DNA of 64,000 nucleotides, taken from contig CM059432.1 of the NCBI GenBank assembly GCA_030390025.1, forward strand, positions 47,494,001-47,558,000. Reading direction: 5' to 3'. Numbering within the stretch: position 1 is the stretch's first letter; every line of letters begins with the position of its first letter. A model generated the notes under the pieces. That model was not told where the DNA came from. It searched no databases and saw only the letters and a list, made by a program, of their open reading frames with translations. The translations under genes were made by a program, and so were the position numbers. The DNA is from Squalus acanthias (lineage: Eukaryota). This document shows positions 40,355 to 53,468 of this stretch, one piece after another.

Positions 40355-41535
40355 ATTATATACTTGGATTTTCAGAAAGCTTTTGACAAAGATACTTACT
40401 GGTGATTAATGGATAAGGTAGTCAGAGAATAGATGAAGTATGGTGCTGGATAAAAAACATGGCTTAAAAACAAGAAAGACAAAATGGTACTTTTTAGGTT
40501 GGAAAGAAGTTGTCAGTGGAGTATCCCAAAAATTAACCTTGGGGCTTAGAGGATAATGGGCCTCTAAGTCACATTACTGAATTCTGGGAAAACCCAGCTA
40601 ATACTGGAATTGTGAGAAGCCAAGATCCTTGAGAACCCAGGAGAAAGAGAGACTAGTAACATATGTTTGAAATGGCCTGGAAACATTTAGGCTTTTCACC
40701 AGTCCATGATCACTCTGAAGGCAGATGGATGACTCAGAGGCATTTGGAAACTGGGCCAAGAAATAAACAAATAGAGCTCTTAAGGAGTCACGATCAGGGG
40801 GTTTATGTCCCTCGAGTTGTAGCTGATTGATAAAAAGGTCAGAGGTGTCCACAGACCAGGAAGTCCTAGCTCTCGTCAAAACTAGTGGAAATCTACTCAT
40901 CGTAATTCGTATATATGCTTAGCAAATTTGACTGATTCATTAGAAGCAAGTCACATGACACAGTTAACCCTGTTTAACTGGACATGGAGATTTGATCTGA
41001 AGGGGGTTTATTTCAGTAAGATTAAAGATATGAAGAGCCATACTTTCTGTCTCCTCAAGCAATCCAGGAGTCAGAAGTCAACAGTCAAGCAGGCATACCA
41101 GAGGAAAGGTAGAAGGACGAGATCACAGGAAGGTAAAAGGAAAGATCACAACCAGAAGGTTTTACGAAATGCCAGAAGTTAGACAACTACTTAACAAAAA
41201 ACCTCGAGCAATTCAGAGTTAAAATTGTACGGTTAAGAGAGGTTCCGTGTTTAACCGACAGAAGTAAATCTTGTAAAGTATATTCCCACAGTATTTAATC
41301 TCATGCCTCTGAGAACAGTGTGGTGTACTTGCAAGTCAACTAAGGCAAGAAAACAAATGCCAACTTCTCAGACATCAAATTTGAACTGTAGATTTAACCT
41401 TGCTAAGCAGCATAGCAACCTACATACAAATTAAACTTTGCTATACTGTCATCAACAGAACCCAGCTACAGCTGAGTTAATGAAATATGCTGAATATCTA
41501 AATGCCTGTAATGAGTTATGCCCTGTTAATTTGTA

Positions 41536-44500
41536 ACATAGATACATAGATACATAGAACAGTACAGCACAGTACAGGCCCTTCGGCCCTCGATGTTGTG
41601 CCGAGCATTGTCCGAGACCAAGATCAAGCTATCACACTCCCTATCACTCTGGTGTGCTCCATGTGCTTATCCAATAACCGCTTGAAAGTTCCTAAAGTGT
41701 CCGACTCCACTATCACAGCAGGCAGTCCATTCCACACCCCAACCACTCTCTGAGTAAAGAATCTACCTCGGACATCCCTTCTATATCTCCCCCCATGCAC
41801 CTTATAGTTATGCCCCCTTGTAACAGCTGCCTCTACCCGAGGAAGTAGTCTCTGAACATCCACTCTATCTATCCCCCTCATCATCTTATAAACCTCTATT
41901 AAGTCGCCTCTCATCCTCCTCCGCTCTAAAGAGAAAAGCCCCAACTCCCTCAATCTTTCCTCATAAGACCTCCCCCCCAAACCAGGCAGCATCCTGGTAA
42001 ATCTCCTTTGCACTCTTTCCAATGCTTCCACGTCCTTCCTATAGTGAGGTGACCAGAACTGCACACAATATTCCAAATGTGGTCTCACCAAGGTCCTGTA
42101 CAGTTGCAGCATAACCTCACGGTTCTTAAACTCAAACCCTCTGTTAATAAACGCCAACACACCATAGGCCTTCTTTACTGCTCTATCCACTTGAGTGGCA
42201 GCCTTCAGAGATCTGTGGATATGAACCCCCAGATCCCTCTGCTCCTCCACGTTCCTCAGAACCCTGCCGTTGACCCTGTAATCCTTATTCAAATTTGCCC
42301 TACCAAAATGAATCACCTCGCACTTATCAGGGTTAAATTCCATCTGCCATTTTTCGGCCCAGCTCTGCATCCTATCAATGTCTCTTTGCAGCCTACAACT
42401 GCCCTCCACCTCATCCACTACTCCACCAATCTTGGTGTCATCAGCAAATTTACTGATCCACCCTTCAGTCCCCTCCTCCAAGTCATTGATAAAAATCACA
42501 AACAGCAGAGGACCCAGCACCGACCCCTGTGGCACACCGCTGGTAACTGGTCTCCAGTCCGAAAATGTTCCATCCACCACCACCCTCTGCCTTCTATGAG
42601 ATAGCCAGTTACTTATCCAATCGGCCAAATTTCCCTCTATCCCACAACTCCTTACTTTCTTCATGAGACGACCATGGGGAACCTTATCAAACGTCTTACT
42701 AAAATCCATGTATACGACATCAACTGCTCTACCTTCATCTACACACTTAGTTACCTCCTCAAAGAATTCAATCAAATTTGTTAGGCAAGACTTACCCTTC
42801 ACGAATCCGTGTTGACTATCCCTGATTAAGTTGCCCCTTTCCAAATGGTCATAAATCCTATCCCTCAGGACCTTTTCCATTATCTTACCAACCACCAAAG
42901 TAAGACTAACCGGCCTATAATTACCAGGGTCATTCCTATTTCCTTTCTTGAAGAGAGGAACAACATTCGCCACTCTCCAGTCCTCTGGCACCATCCCCGT
43001 GGACAGTGAGGACCCAAAGATCAAAGCCAGAGGCTCTGCAATCTCCTCCCTTGCCTCCCAAAGAATCCTAGGATATATCCCATCTGGCCCAGGGGACTTA
43101 TCGACCCTCAGGTTCTTCAAAATTGCTAAAACATCTTCCCTCAGAACATCTACCACCTCCAGCCTATCCACCTTTATCACACTCTCATCCTCAAGAACAT
43201 GGCCCCTCTCCTCGGTGAACACTGACGAAAAGTATTCATTCATCACCTCTCCTATCTCTTCTGACTCCATGCACAAGTTCCCACTACTGTCCTTGACCGG
43301 CCCTACCCTCACCCTGGTCATTCTTTTATTTCTCACATAAGAGTAAAAAGCCTTGGGGTTTTTCTTGATCCGACCCGCCAAGGACTTCTCATGCCCCCTC
43401 CTAGCTCTCCTAAGCTCTTTTTTTAGCTCATTCCTTGCTACCTTGTACCCCTCAATCGACCCAACTGAACCTTGTTTTCTCATCCTTACATACGCTTCCT
43501 TTTTCCTCTTGACTAGACATTCAACCTCTTTTGTAAACCATGGTTCTCTCACTCGGCCATTTCCTCCCTGCCTGACAGGGACATACCTATCAAGGACACG
43601 CAGTAATTGCTCCATGAAAAAGCTCCACTTCTCGTTTGTGCCTTTCCCTGATAGTTTCTGTTCCCATCTTATACTCCCTAATTCTTGCCTAATCGCATCA
43701 TAATTACCCCTCCCTCAATTATAAACCCTGCCCTGCCGTATGGCCCTATCCCTCTCCATTGCAATAGTGAAAGTTACCGAATTGTGGTCACTATCTCCAA
43801 AGTGCTCTCCCACATACAAATCAAACACTTGGCCCGGTTCATTACCCAGTACCAAATCCAACGTGGCCCCAGCTCTTGTCGGCCTATCCACATATTGTGT
43901 CAGGAAACCCTCCTGCACACACTGTGCAAAAACTATCCCATCCGAACTGTTTGACCTATAAAGGTTCCAATCAATATTTGGAAAGTTGAAGTCACCCATG
44001 ACAACTACTCTGTGACCTCCACACCTATTCATAATCTGCTTTGCAATTTCTTCCTCCACATCTTTATTACTATTTGGGGGCCTGTAGAAAACTCCTAACA
44101 ACGTGACCGCTCCTTTCCTATTTCTAACTTCAGCCCATATTACCTCAGACGGCAGATCCCCCTCGAACTGCCTTTCTGCCGCTGTTAAACTATCCTTGAT
44201 TAACAATGCTACTCCTCCACCTTTCTTACCAACTTCCCTACTCTTACTGAAACATCTATACCCCGGAATTTCCAACAACCATTCCTGTCCCTGTTCTAAC
44301 CATGTCTCCGTAATGGCCACCACATCGTAGTCCCAAGTACCAATCCACGCTCCAAGTTCTCCTACCTTATTCCGGATGCTCCTTGCATTGAAGTAGACAC
44401 ACTTCAAGCCATCTTCCTGTCTGCCGGTACATTCCTGCGACCTTGATACCCTCCTCAGTACCTCCCTACACTCACCACTGGCTCCTGGACTACAGCCCTT

Positions 44501-44921
44501 TTTCCCATCCCCCTGACAAATTAGTTTAAACCCCCCCGAAGAGCCGTAGCAAATTTCCCTCCCAGGATATTGGTGCCCCTCTGGTTCAGGTGCAAACCGT
44601 CCTGTTTGTACAGGTCCCACCTTCCCCAGAATGTGCTCCAATTATCCACATAACTGAAACCCTCCCCCCTACACCATCCCTGCAGCCACGTGTTTATCTG
44701 CACTCTCTCCCTGTTCCTCAACTCGCTAGCACGTGGCACCGGCAACAAACCAGAAATTACAACATGGTTTGTACTGGCTCTCAGCTTCCAACCTAGCTCC
44801 CTAAATTCCTGTTTTAAATCCCCGTCCCTTCTCCTACCTATGTCGTTGGTACCGATGTGTACCACGACTTGTGATTGTTCCCCTTCCCCTTTGAGGATTC
44901 TGAAAACACGGTCCGAGACGT
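41536..44921 (-). mobile_element. near-intact CR1/HER1 LINE: ORF1 SGNH-esterase C-terminus plus full ORF2 (APE+RT) with one nonsense codon
   Basis: ORF1 VHIGTND...DGLHL...GGLN* (stop 44521-44523); ORFs 43715-44641 and 41624-43615 share one frame, split only by TGA at 43715-43717; TGTATCTA-type tail. Confidence 0.96.
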
Positions 44922-44994
44922 GTACCCAAGTGTTGATTGTAACCTCAACAATTAACCTGATAAAAATTAGTTGTGTTAACTTAGATAAGATAAA

Positions 44995-45160
44995 AAAAAT
45001 GCAAATACTGGAAATCTGAAATAAAATAGAAAATGCTGGAAATACACTGCCAGCAAGTCAACATCTCTAAAGAGAAAAGACAGGTTATGACGTTTCGGGT
45101 GTGTACACTTCTTTCAAACACAACCTGTCTTTTTGCTCTACAGCTGCTAACCTGCTGTGT
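44995..45160. mobile_element. short inverted-repeat element resembling Penelope-derived repeats of cartilaginous fish
   Basis: gagaaaagacaggtt...aacctgtctttttgctc palindrome; ctggaaatctgaaataaaa..gaaaatgctggaaatac head recognised from memory of shark repeats. Confidence 0.5.
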
Positions 45161-45799
45161 TAAGTTAGATGTCTGATTAAAATAGTTCTTCCAGCTGTGT
45201 CTGGCTTCGTCTTGGAGGACTCTGGCAAGGATTTAACTTATTTCACTCAGGTTGTACTGAAATTCTCTATTGCTTGGCTTGAAGTGTAGCTATTAAATTA
45301 CTCTAGACTGGGTACGTAAGGTGGTTAAGAGGTAAGCTAAATGGAGAATCTTCTAAACCTTAGACATATGTGGTAAAAATTTGGTCTAGTCTGTATGTGG
45401 GAGGGATGAAAAGGAAAAAAAAAACTGGTCTGTTACCCTTAACGTATTAAGACTGAATATCAGAACTTCCAAGAGTATTTTCCTGAAATATGGGATACAT
45501 TCTACCATCTACACCATTATCTTCTGAATCCTTACTGTTTTATATATACATATACATCAAGTATATTGATTTGGATAAGCAAAATCTCCAAGTTTCCAGA
45601 CGATACAAAAATAGGAGGCAGAGCAAATGACGAGGGACAACATAACCAGACTCATCAGGATTTAGATCTTTTAGGTAGCTGGGCCAATTGATGGCGAAGG
45701 AAAGTTAAGGAAATTGTACTTGTTCTGTTTGAAGAAAGACTTTCAGGTGATTTAAATAAAGCTTTTAATACCATCATGGGAATTCACAACAGCGATCCA

Positions 45800-47260
45800 A
45801 GGTATCTTAAAGGAGGAGAGGAGATAGAGGAATTTAGGGAGGGAATTTCAGAGAGTGGCTGGAAGAGACTGAAGGTACAGTTACTAATGGTGGGGTGAGG
45901 GATGGGGGAATGCACAAGAGGCTGAAGTCGGAGGAATGGAGAGTTCTAGGGGTGGGTAAGACTGGAAGATGTTAAGATGATGGGGGAGTTATGTCATAAA
46001 AAAATTTAAAGACAAGAGGGAAATTTTCAATTTGAGGCATTGGGGTAACCAGGAATCGATGTAGGCAGTGAACACAAGGGAAGTGGGGGGGAAGAGATGG
46101 GCAAGCAGGACTTTATGCCGAATAGAATATTGGCAGTAAAGCTTTGGATGAGCTGATGTTTATGATGGGTGGAAAATGGGAGGCCAGTAAGGAGACCATT
46201 GGAGTGACCAAGCCTGGAGGTGATGAAGTCACATATGAGAGTTTCAATGGTGAATGGGCTAAGGTAAAGTCACAAGCAGGTGGTGTTTGTTATGGAGAGT
46301 ATATGGGGTTGAACAGGATGCCATGGTTGAAAACAGTCTGGTTCAGTTTGAGACAGTGGCAAATGAGCAGAGTCTGTGTTGGGGGCCAAAGACAATTACT
46401 TTGGTCTTCCCAATGTTTAACTGGAGGAAGTTGAGATTCATCCAAGACTGGATGTTGGACAAGCAATATGATAGCACAGATGTCTTCTGGGCATGACACT
46501 TTTGCAGAGACTACAGAAGAGATTTACTAGAATGGTTCCAGGGATGAGGAATTACAGTTATGTGGATAGAGTGGAGAATCTGGGGTTGTTCTCCTTAGAG
46601 CAAAGAAGGCTAGGAGGAGATTTGATAGAAGTGTTTAAAATCATGAAGGGTTTAGTTAGAGTAAATAAAGAGAAACTGTTTCCAATGGCTGAAGAGTTGA
46701 TATTCAGAGGGCACAGATTTAAGGTGATTGGCAAAAGAACCAGAGGCAACATGAGGAAAAACCTTTTTATGCAACAAGTGGTTAGGATTTGGAATGCACT
46801 GTCTAAAAGGGTGGTGGATACAGATTCAATAGTAGCCTTCAAAAGGGAATTAGATAAATACTTGAAGGAGAAAAAATTGCAGGACCACGGGGAAAGAGCG
46901 GGGGGTGGGACTAACTGGATTGCTCTTTGAAAGAACCGGCACCAACTCTATGATTCAATGCAGTGAAGGAACCCAGAGGGGTGGTGGAGGGATAGTTCAG
47001 TGTTATGAGCATACATATGGAAGCTGACCCCACATTTGCAGATGATGGCATTGAGGGGCAGCATGTAGATGAGGAAGAGAATCATTGAGACACTCTGGAA
47101 GTGACAGTATGGGGGTGGTTAGAGAGGCAGTTTCTACAGAAGCTCTAGCTATAATCACACAGGTAAGTGTGGAACCATCCATGGGTACTCCCATGCAGCT
47201 GAATAAAGGAAGAGAGGCATTGAAGGTGAATGGTGTGGTTGATCATGTCAAAGGCTGTAG
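45800..47260. mobile_element. old L2 fragments (-) with a CR1 3' fragment (+, ~46500-46955) inserted
   Basis: Similarity to 27890-28860; CR1 ORF2 C-terminus ORF 46493-46930. Confidence 0.7.
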
Positions 47261-47751
47261 AGTCACACAACCTTTAAACTTTCAGTGGTGTACACTAGTC
47301 AGTTTCTTAGTAAATTAAATACTTTTTGATATGAGAAAACTTTTAAAATGTGCCTACTAGTGCCTGTACGCCTAAGAAAATGTGCACAATGTGAAGAGCC
47401 TTCCCGAACCAGCGCAATCTCGCAATTTTGACCAGGGGTGTGGCCTGATTCGGGCGAATTGAATCTTGAACCAGCGTAAAAGATCACAGAAAACACGATT
47501 GTAAGTGGTTTTGGGTGTAACTCACCTACATTTTAAATTCCCCAATCTTTTGAGCTGGTTCGGCCGATACTGGCCAGATTACACTGGAATCTGGGCGCAA
47601 AACTAGCGGCAACTTCCCCCACCAGGTGTGTTTACTGTTTAGAATTCCTAAGAGTAATATATACATGAGAGATGCCTTATAGCAACTCAAAAATTCAGAG
47701 CCATAAATATTTGAGGAGGGTAACGCAGCAGCATTGTGTACAGAACATTAA

Positions 47752-48240
47752 CGGCAATAACAACAACAACTTGCATTTCTATAGCACCTTTAACATAGTA
47801 CAACAACCCCAGGAGCTTCACAGGAGCGTTATCAAACAAAGTTTGACACCGAGCCACATAAGGACAGATGACTAAAAGCTTGGTCAAAGAGGTAGGTTTT
47901 AAGGAGTGACTTAAAGGAGGAGAGAGAGGTAGAGATGTTTAGGGAGGGAATTCCAGAGCTTAGGGCCTAGGCAGCTGAAAGCGCGGCCCCCAATGGTGGA
48001 GCGATTAAAATCGGAGTTGCGCAAGAGGCCAGAATTGGAGGAGCGCAGAGATCGCAAGGATTGTAGGGCTGGAGGAGATTACAGAAATAGGAAGGGGCGA
48101 GGCTATGGAGGGATTTGAAAACAAGGATGAGAATTTTAAAACTGAGGACCAGGAGCCAATGTAGGTCAGCGAGCACGGGGGTGATGGGTGAACTTGGTGC
48201 GAATTAGGATACGGGCAGCAGAGTTATGTAGGGTGGAAGA
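47752..48240 (-). mobile_element. L2-type LINE 3' end
   Basis: (TTG)n tail; collinear with 27745-28410. Confidence 0.85.
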
Positions 48241-48309
48241 TGCAATATATTAATAATGTCCTTTTGTGATAAGAAAATCAGTCTATTTGCTCCAGATCCT
48301 CATTTATGC

Positions 48310-50012
48310 CCTCATCTCTGGGAATAGCAAAGTTGGAGAAGGAAGCCAATTAAATAGGTTATTTGACATGATAAAACCTTGTGGAATTTGTGGGATGTTG
48401 CTATAGTGGAGCAAGAATTGGCTGCATGCCTGTAGGCCGCAGGCCGCTGGCACAGGGATTGGTGTTGGGCCTTTTCTCTTTATCTGTCTCTATTAATGAC
48501 CTAGATGAAGGTGGGCAGGACCAACGCTAAGCACACTTACACCTTAAAAGGAACAGAGCAGAAGCCTATGACAAAATAAAAGGATCTTGGTATCATAGTT
48601 CATAACTCTCTAAAGGTTCACGACCAATGCAGAAATGCTAATGCAAATAGGGTGCTAGGCTACATTCATCGGATTGTCCATTACAAAACAAAGCATGCCA
48701 TTTTGTTCTTGCACAAAACCTCGATTAGGCCATATTTATAATACTATGTACAGTTCTGGTGCTCTCACATGGTGGGTGATATTGAGGCTTTGAAAAAGAT
48801 TTAGAGGAGGGCCACAGGAATGATTTGAAGTTTTAAACACCTTACCTTCCCAGGTACGCTTAAGGAGCTGGGTTTATATACTTGAGAGAATCATAGACTC
48901 TCTGGCAATTTGATTGAGGTCTATAAAATAATGAAGGGACTAGATGTGTGCACGCTGAAAAATTATTTCAATTAGATAGGTTGGGGAGTACCAGGGGTCA
49001 CACTTAAAAATTACACAAGAGAACCCAATAGGTTTGATGTTAGGCAGTTCTACTTCTCCCAGCGAATAGTAGATCTGTGGAACTGGCTGTCGGCTTGTGC
49101 AGTGGATGCTGATACACTATGGGCCAAAAATTGGATCGCGCCCCCTTTGGGGCGCTAACTTCGCCAGGGCGTTACTTTTAGCGCCCTGAAAAAGTTATTA
49201 CCCCCGTGCCCGAAATTCAATGGTAGTGCCCCCAAGGAGGCGGGGTGCAACTGGAAGCGCTCCCCCTCCCTCTTGGGGCGCTCCCAGGGAATATCGCGGC
49301 GCTACGTGCAACGGTACGCCTTCCTCCCCTTATTAAAGGGGAGGGTCCTTGCGCAGTGCGACCCGGGGCCCAGCTGGACCACCAGGGATCAGGGTGCCTG
49401 CAAAAGAGCCCGATCATGGCCGGCACCCTGCAAAGGAGGGGAGAGACAGCTGAGGGGGCAGGTGCTGGCCAGCAGCCAGCAAAAAAAATGGCCGCACGGC
49501 ACCTCCCCTTTAAATATCACCGCCCCGGCCGCACGTACGCCCCCCTGACCCTGTCGGACATAGCGTCCGGCGGTACGTCAGGGGGTGCAACCGAAGTTTG
49601 CGGCCTGGGCGCGAGCGGGGCGCTGCGATGACGTCATCGCCAGAGACACAGCGCCTTTTAGGGCGCTAACGGGAGGCGCAAAGCAAACTAATTTTGCCCC
49701 CTATGTACTTCCACAGCGCTGGACTAGAAATTGCATCATGCAAGGGGTAGGAACCAACTAATATGTCATGATCAATGTAGTCGCTTGGAACTGATTCATT
49801 CGCCTAGAAGGATCAGAGAGGAATTATCCAGATTTTCTTTTACTAATTGGCCATGGGTTTTGATGTGATTTAACGCCTCTCCCAGGAGACTACATGGTAC
49901 CTAGGGGGTAGGGAGTCTCTTGACCTGATGCACAAGGCATCACAACTGTATGGGACAAGCTAGATGGACCAACTGTTTTCTCCCTGTCCAACGTTTTTGT
50001 ATGTTCCTATGT
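48310..50012 (+). mobile_element. old CR1-group LINE 3' part, interrupted by a Harbinger MITE
   Basis: Decayed RT and C-terminal motifs; tail tagatggacc...tgtatgttcctatgtt. Confidence 0.65.
49121..49701. mobile_element. GC/CpG-rich PIF/Harbinger-like MITE
   Basis: TIR GGGCCAAAAATT / AATTTTGCCCCC; perfect TSD TAT; subterminal gggcgctaac repeats. Confidence 0.8.
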
Positions 50013-50628
50013 TAAATTCTGTTAACAGTGAAACTATTTGATTACGAAAAATGTCACTGGTGGCAGTTCTTGATCCACAGTCTAAGTTCCACTGGTTCAG
50101 AAGAGGATGGACTAGACACAGAATCTGCACTGCAGTCTTTCTATATTGGAATAGCACACATTGGTACAAAGTAGAACTGGCTTTAAATCCAATCAGACAT
50201 AAAATACTCTTTTGTAAATGTGACGAATTACTTAAAAAAGTAGTATAATCATCAACAACTCAAATGTATTTCAAAGTAGTAATATGCTGCAAATCATTTG
50301 TCTCTCCCAAGAGTAAAACTGTTGAAAACCTTCAATTTAAATGTACATATTCCTTTCTCAGATTTTTCTCTCTTCACTTGCTCTCTCCTCTTCTGGCAGA
50401 CAGTAAAGTGGGCACCTTATTCCCAGATACCTATACATGAGAGGATCAAGAGCCACCTAGTGGTGACTTCCAAAGTGATTTTTCTTTCTATCCGATAGGG
50501 AGACCCCCAAGCCTCCACCTGGCAATGCAGTTGCGATCAAGGAATCAGTGGAGTTGGGGGGTGGGGGGGACTGAACCAGTGTTCTATTACTGCATAGTGC
50601 TGTGTGTGGTATATTATTCAAAATCATT

Positions 50629-51400
50629 GGCCCAGAACTTGCAGTTCTGATGACGGCAAACTGGCAGCATTCGCCGTTGAAACTGACAGCAACTGCAGGA
50701 TTTAGCGCATGTGCAGCCGAACGTGGAAATCCAGAAGTTGCGATCAGTCATTCACTGCTCCTCCACAGGCTGCGCTGTGGACCTAGACCCCCCCCCGCCA
50801 CCCACCCCGCCACCCACCCCGCCCCCCCCAACAAGAGCCGGCAATCAGTGAAATCACTGATCTGATGAAAACTTGCCCTTTTCCGAACAAATAACGCTGT
50901 TAGAAACCCCATAAAAGTTAGATCCATTCAAATGAGGTGTAACTGGATTTTTAATGGTGATCTAAATAATAACTACTGATAAACAACCGTTTTGGCCCTG
51001 AAAAACTAATTTTATATTGGTGGAATGTCAAATTTCTCCATCAAGTTAAAAATTATTCAATTTTAAAATTAATTAAAAAAACGGTTTTTTTTAAAGTTTG
51101 TTCATGATATTTCAGCTTCTACCTTAACCCAATGTGTATGTCCCAATCTTTATTTTTTAAAAGTGCTTTCTATTTCCTGGTTCCCTGTCTGAGAATTCTG
51201 CAATGTGATTGGCTGCTTAGACAGCTTGTTGACATCACAGCAGCTCCTGCAATGGGATGCCCACAAAACTACGCTGATTTCAACTGCACGTCGGAAAAGC
51301 CAAACTTCTTGCCACAGAGATCATGAGATCTTTGTGGGAAGCTGACATCGGGGCCAGCGGTGAACACCTTTGCTTCGCTGCTGACCGCAAATTGCGGGCC
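50629..51400. mobile_element. PIF/Harbinger-like MITE
   Basis: TIR GGCCCAGAACTTGC / GCAAATTGCGGGCC; perfect TSD ATT. Confidence 0.8.
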
Positions 51401-51738
51401 ATTGTTGGGTGGCTATGGCAGCATACGGCCAATCTAATTTATCCTACTATCTCAGTCACAATGAATCCTAATCCCTCTACAATATGGTCCCACGGAAATG
51501 CACATCAGACTGTCAGAAGAGGGAGACCGACATACAGTTAGTAATATTCCAAGATGTTGGATCTGACTGAGCTCCAGCAACTAATACAACAAATCACTGT
51601 TTTTGTGTGATGATAGGGATTTTAAAGCTCTCCAGTTAGAAATTTAGATCATACTTCAAAAGCCCTACTAATGACAGAAAAATGAAAATCTGTATATTAG
51701 TGATTTCATCACCAAGGTAATATGACATGCCATCCTCA

Positions 51739-52014
<276 letters not shown>

Positions 52015-52274
52015 TTAATTTTTTTAGAACTAAGATTAAACAGCAAAACTTTAGGGTAACGAAGGACTGTAAACCCATTGGCAAATTAGCTATGATCGTC
52101 AGAGGGAGTCACGCCGATGATTACTCACATGAATTCCCAATCTCAACTGGCCCAGTAGAGTGTGTTGCTAACAAAGGTGCGGTGCTTCCCCATAGGGAAG
52201 GAAAGCAGAGGGGGAAAAACTGGTAATAAAGTCAGCTTACGTCCTTCACTCCCACTTATATATCAAAGAATCAT

Positions 52275-53182
52275 ATCAATATTTGCAGATGATACCAAAC
52301 TGGGGGGGTACAGCTAACACCAAGAATACAAGACAACATTAGAAAACTTGCAGACTGGGCAGTTAAGTGGCAAATGAACTTTAACATAGATAAATGGGAG
52401 GTAATGCTCTTTAGTAGGAAAAATAGAAACATCACCTGCGCCTTAGAAAATAAGAAACTGAATGGGGTAGAAGAGCAAAGGGATCTACATGAACAAATCA
52501 TTAAAAGCAGCATTGCAGGTCAGCAGAGCAATTAAAAATGCTAACAAAGCACTGGGATTTATTTCAAGGGGTATAGAATTCAAAAGTAGTGAAGATACGT
52601 TAAACTTGTATAGGGCAGTGATCAGGCTGCACTTAAGAGTACTGTGCACAGTTCAAATCTCCTTACTATAAAAAGGACATAGAAGTACTGGAGAAAGTGC
52701 AAAAGAGATTTACAAGGATGGTACCAGAACTGAGAGATTACAGCTATCAGGAAAAATTGAACAAATTGGGGCTTTTTTCTTTAGAAAAGAGAATACTTAG
52801 AGGTGACCTGATAGAGTTCTTTAAAATTATGAATGGGTTGGACAGGGTAGATGTAGAGAGAATGTTTCCATTTGTGGGAGAAACTAGGGGCCATAAACAT
52901 AAGATAGTTACTAATAAATCCAATAGGGAAATAAGGAGAAATTTCTTTACGCAGAGTGTGGTTAGAAGGTGGAACTCGCTACCATAGGAGGTGGTTGAAG
53001 CAAATAGCTTAGATACTTTCAAAAGGAAATTAGATGAGTACAAGAGAGAAAAGGGAACAGAAAGATCTGCTGGATGTCTGAGATGAGGCAGAAGGAATGG
53101 GAGGAGACGTGTGTGGAATATTAACACCAGCACAGACTAGTTGGGCAGAATAGCCTATTTCTGTGCTGTATATTCTATGTAA
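52275..53182 (+). mobile_element. decayed CR1 LINE 3' part
   Basis: FADDTKL region through ORF2 C-terminus and tail. Confidence 0.85.
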
Positions 53183-53468
53183 TTTCTTACATGTAAGGCA
53201 TGTTCTGCAAAGAGTAAAGAATCAGTAATAAACAATTTCCATACTTTTGGAATTCTAGAATTAAATATTTTCCAAAGACATTAAACTCTACCTGTGTAAT
53301 TTACACAACAGATCAGAGTTTCCTGGGTTACAACATCTTCTGCTGTTACACCTTTACCTTTAATATACAACACACCTTTTCACTCCATACGTAGGTAATA
53401 GATTAAACTTATGGACTTATGTGCTCAAATGCTATACCAGTACATGGCCTAGTCCTGATTAAAACGTC

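Noticed and set aside
42077..43961. Several 70-175 aa ORFs on the + strand
   Set aside because: Antisense shadows of CR1 ORF2, recurring in every copy, with no independent coding signal.
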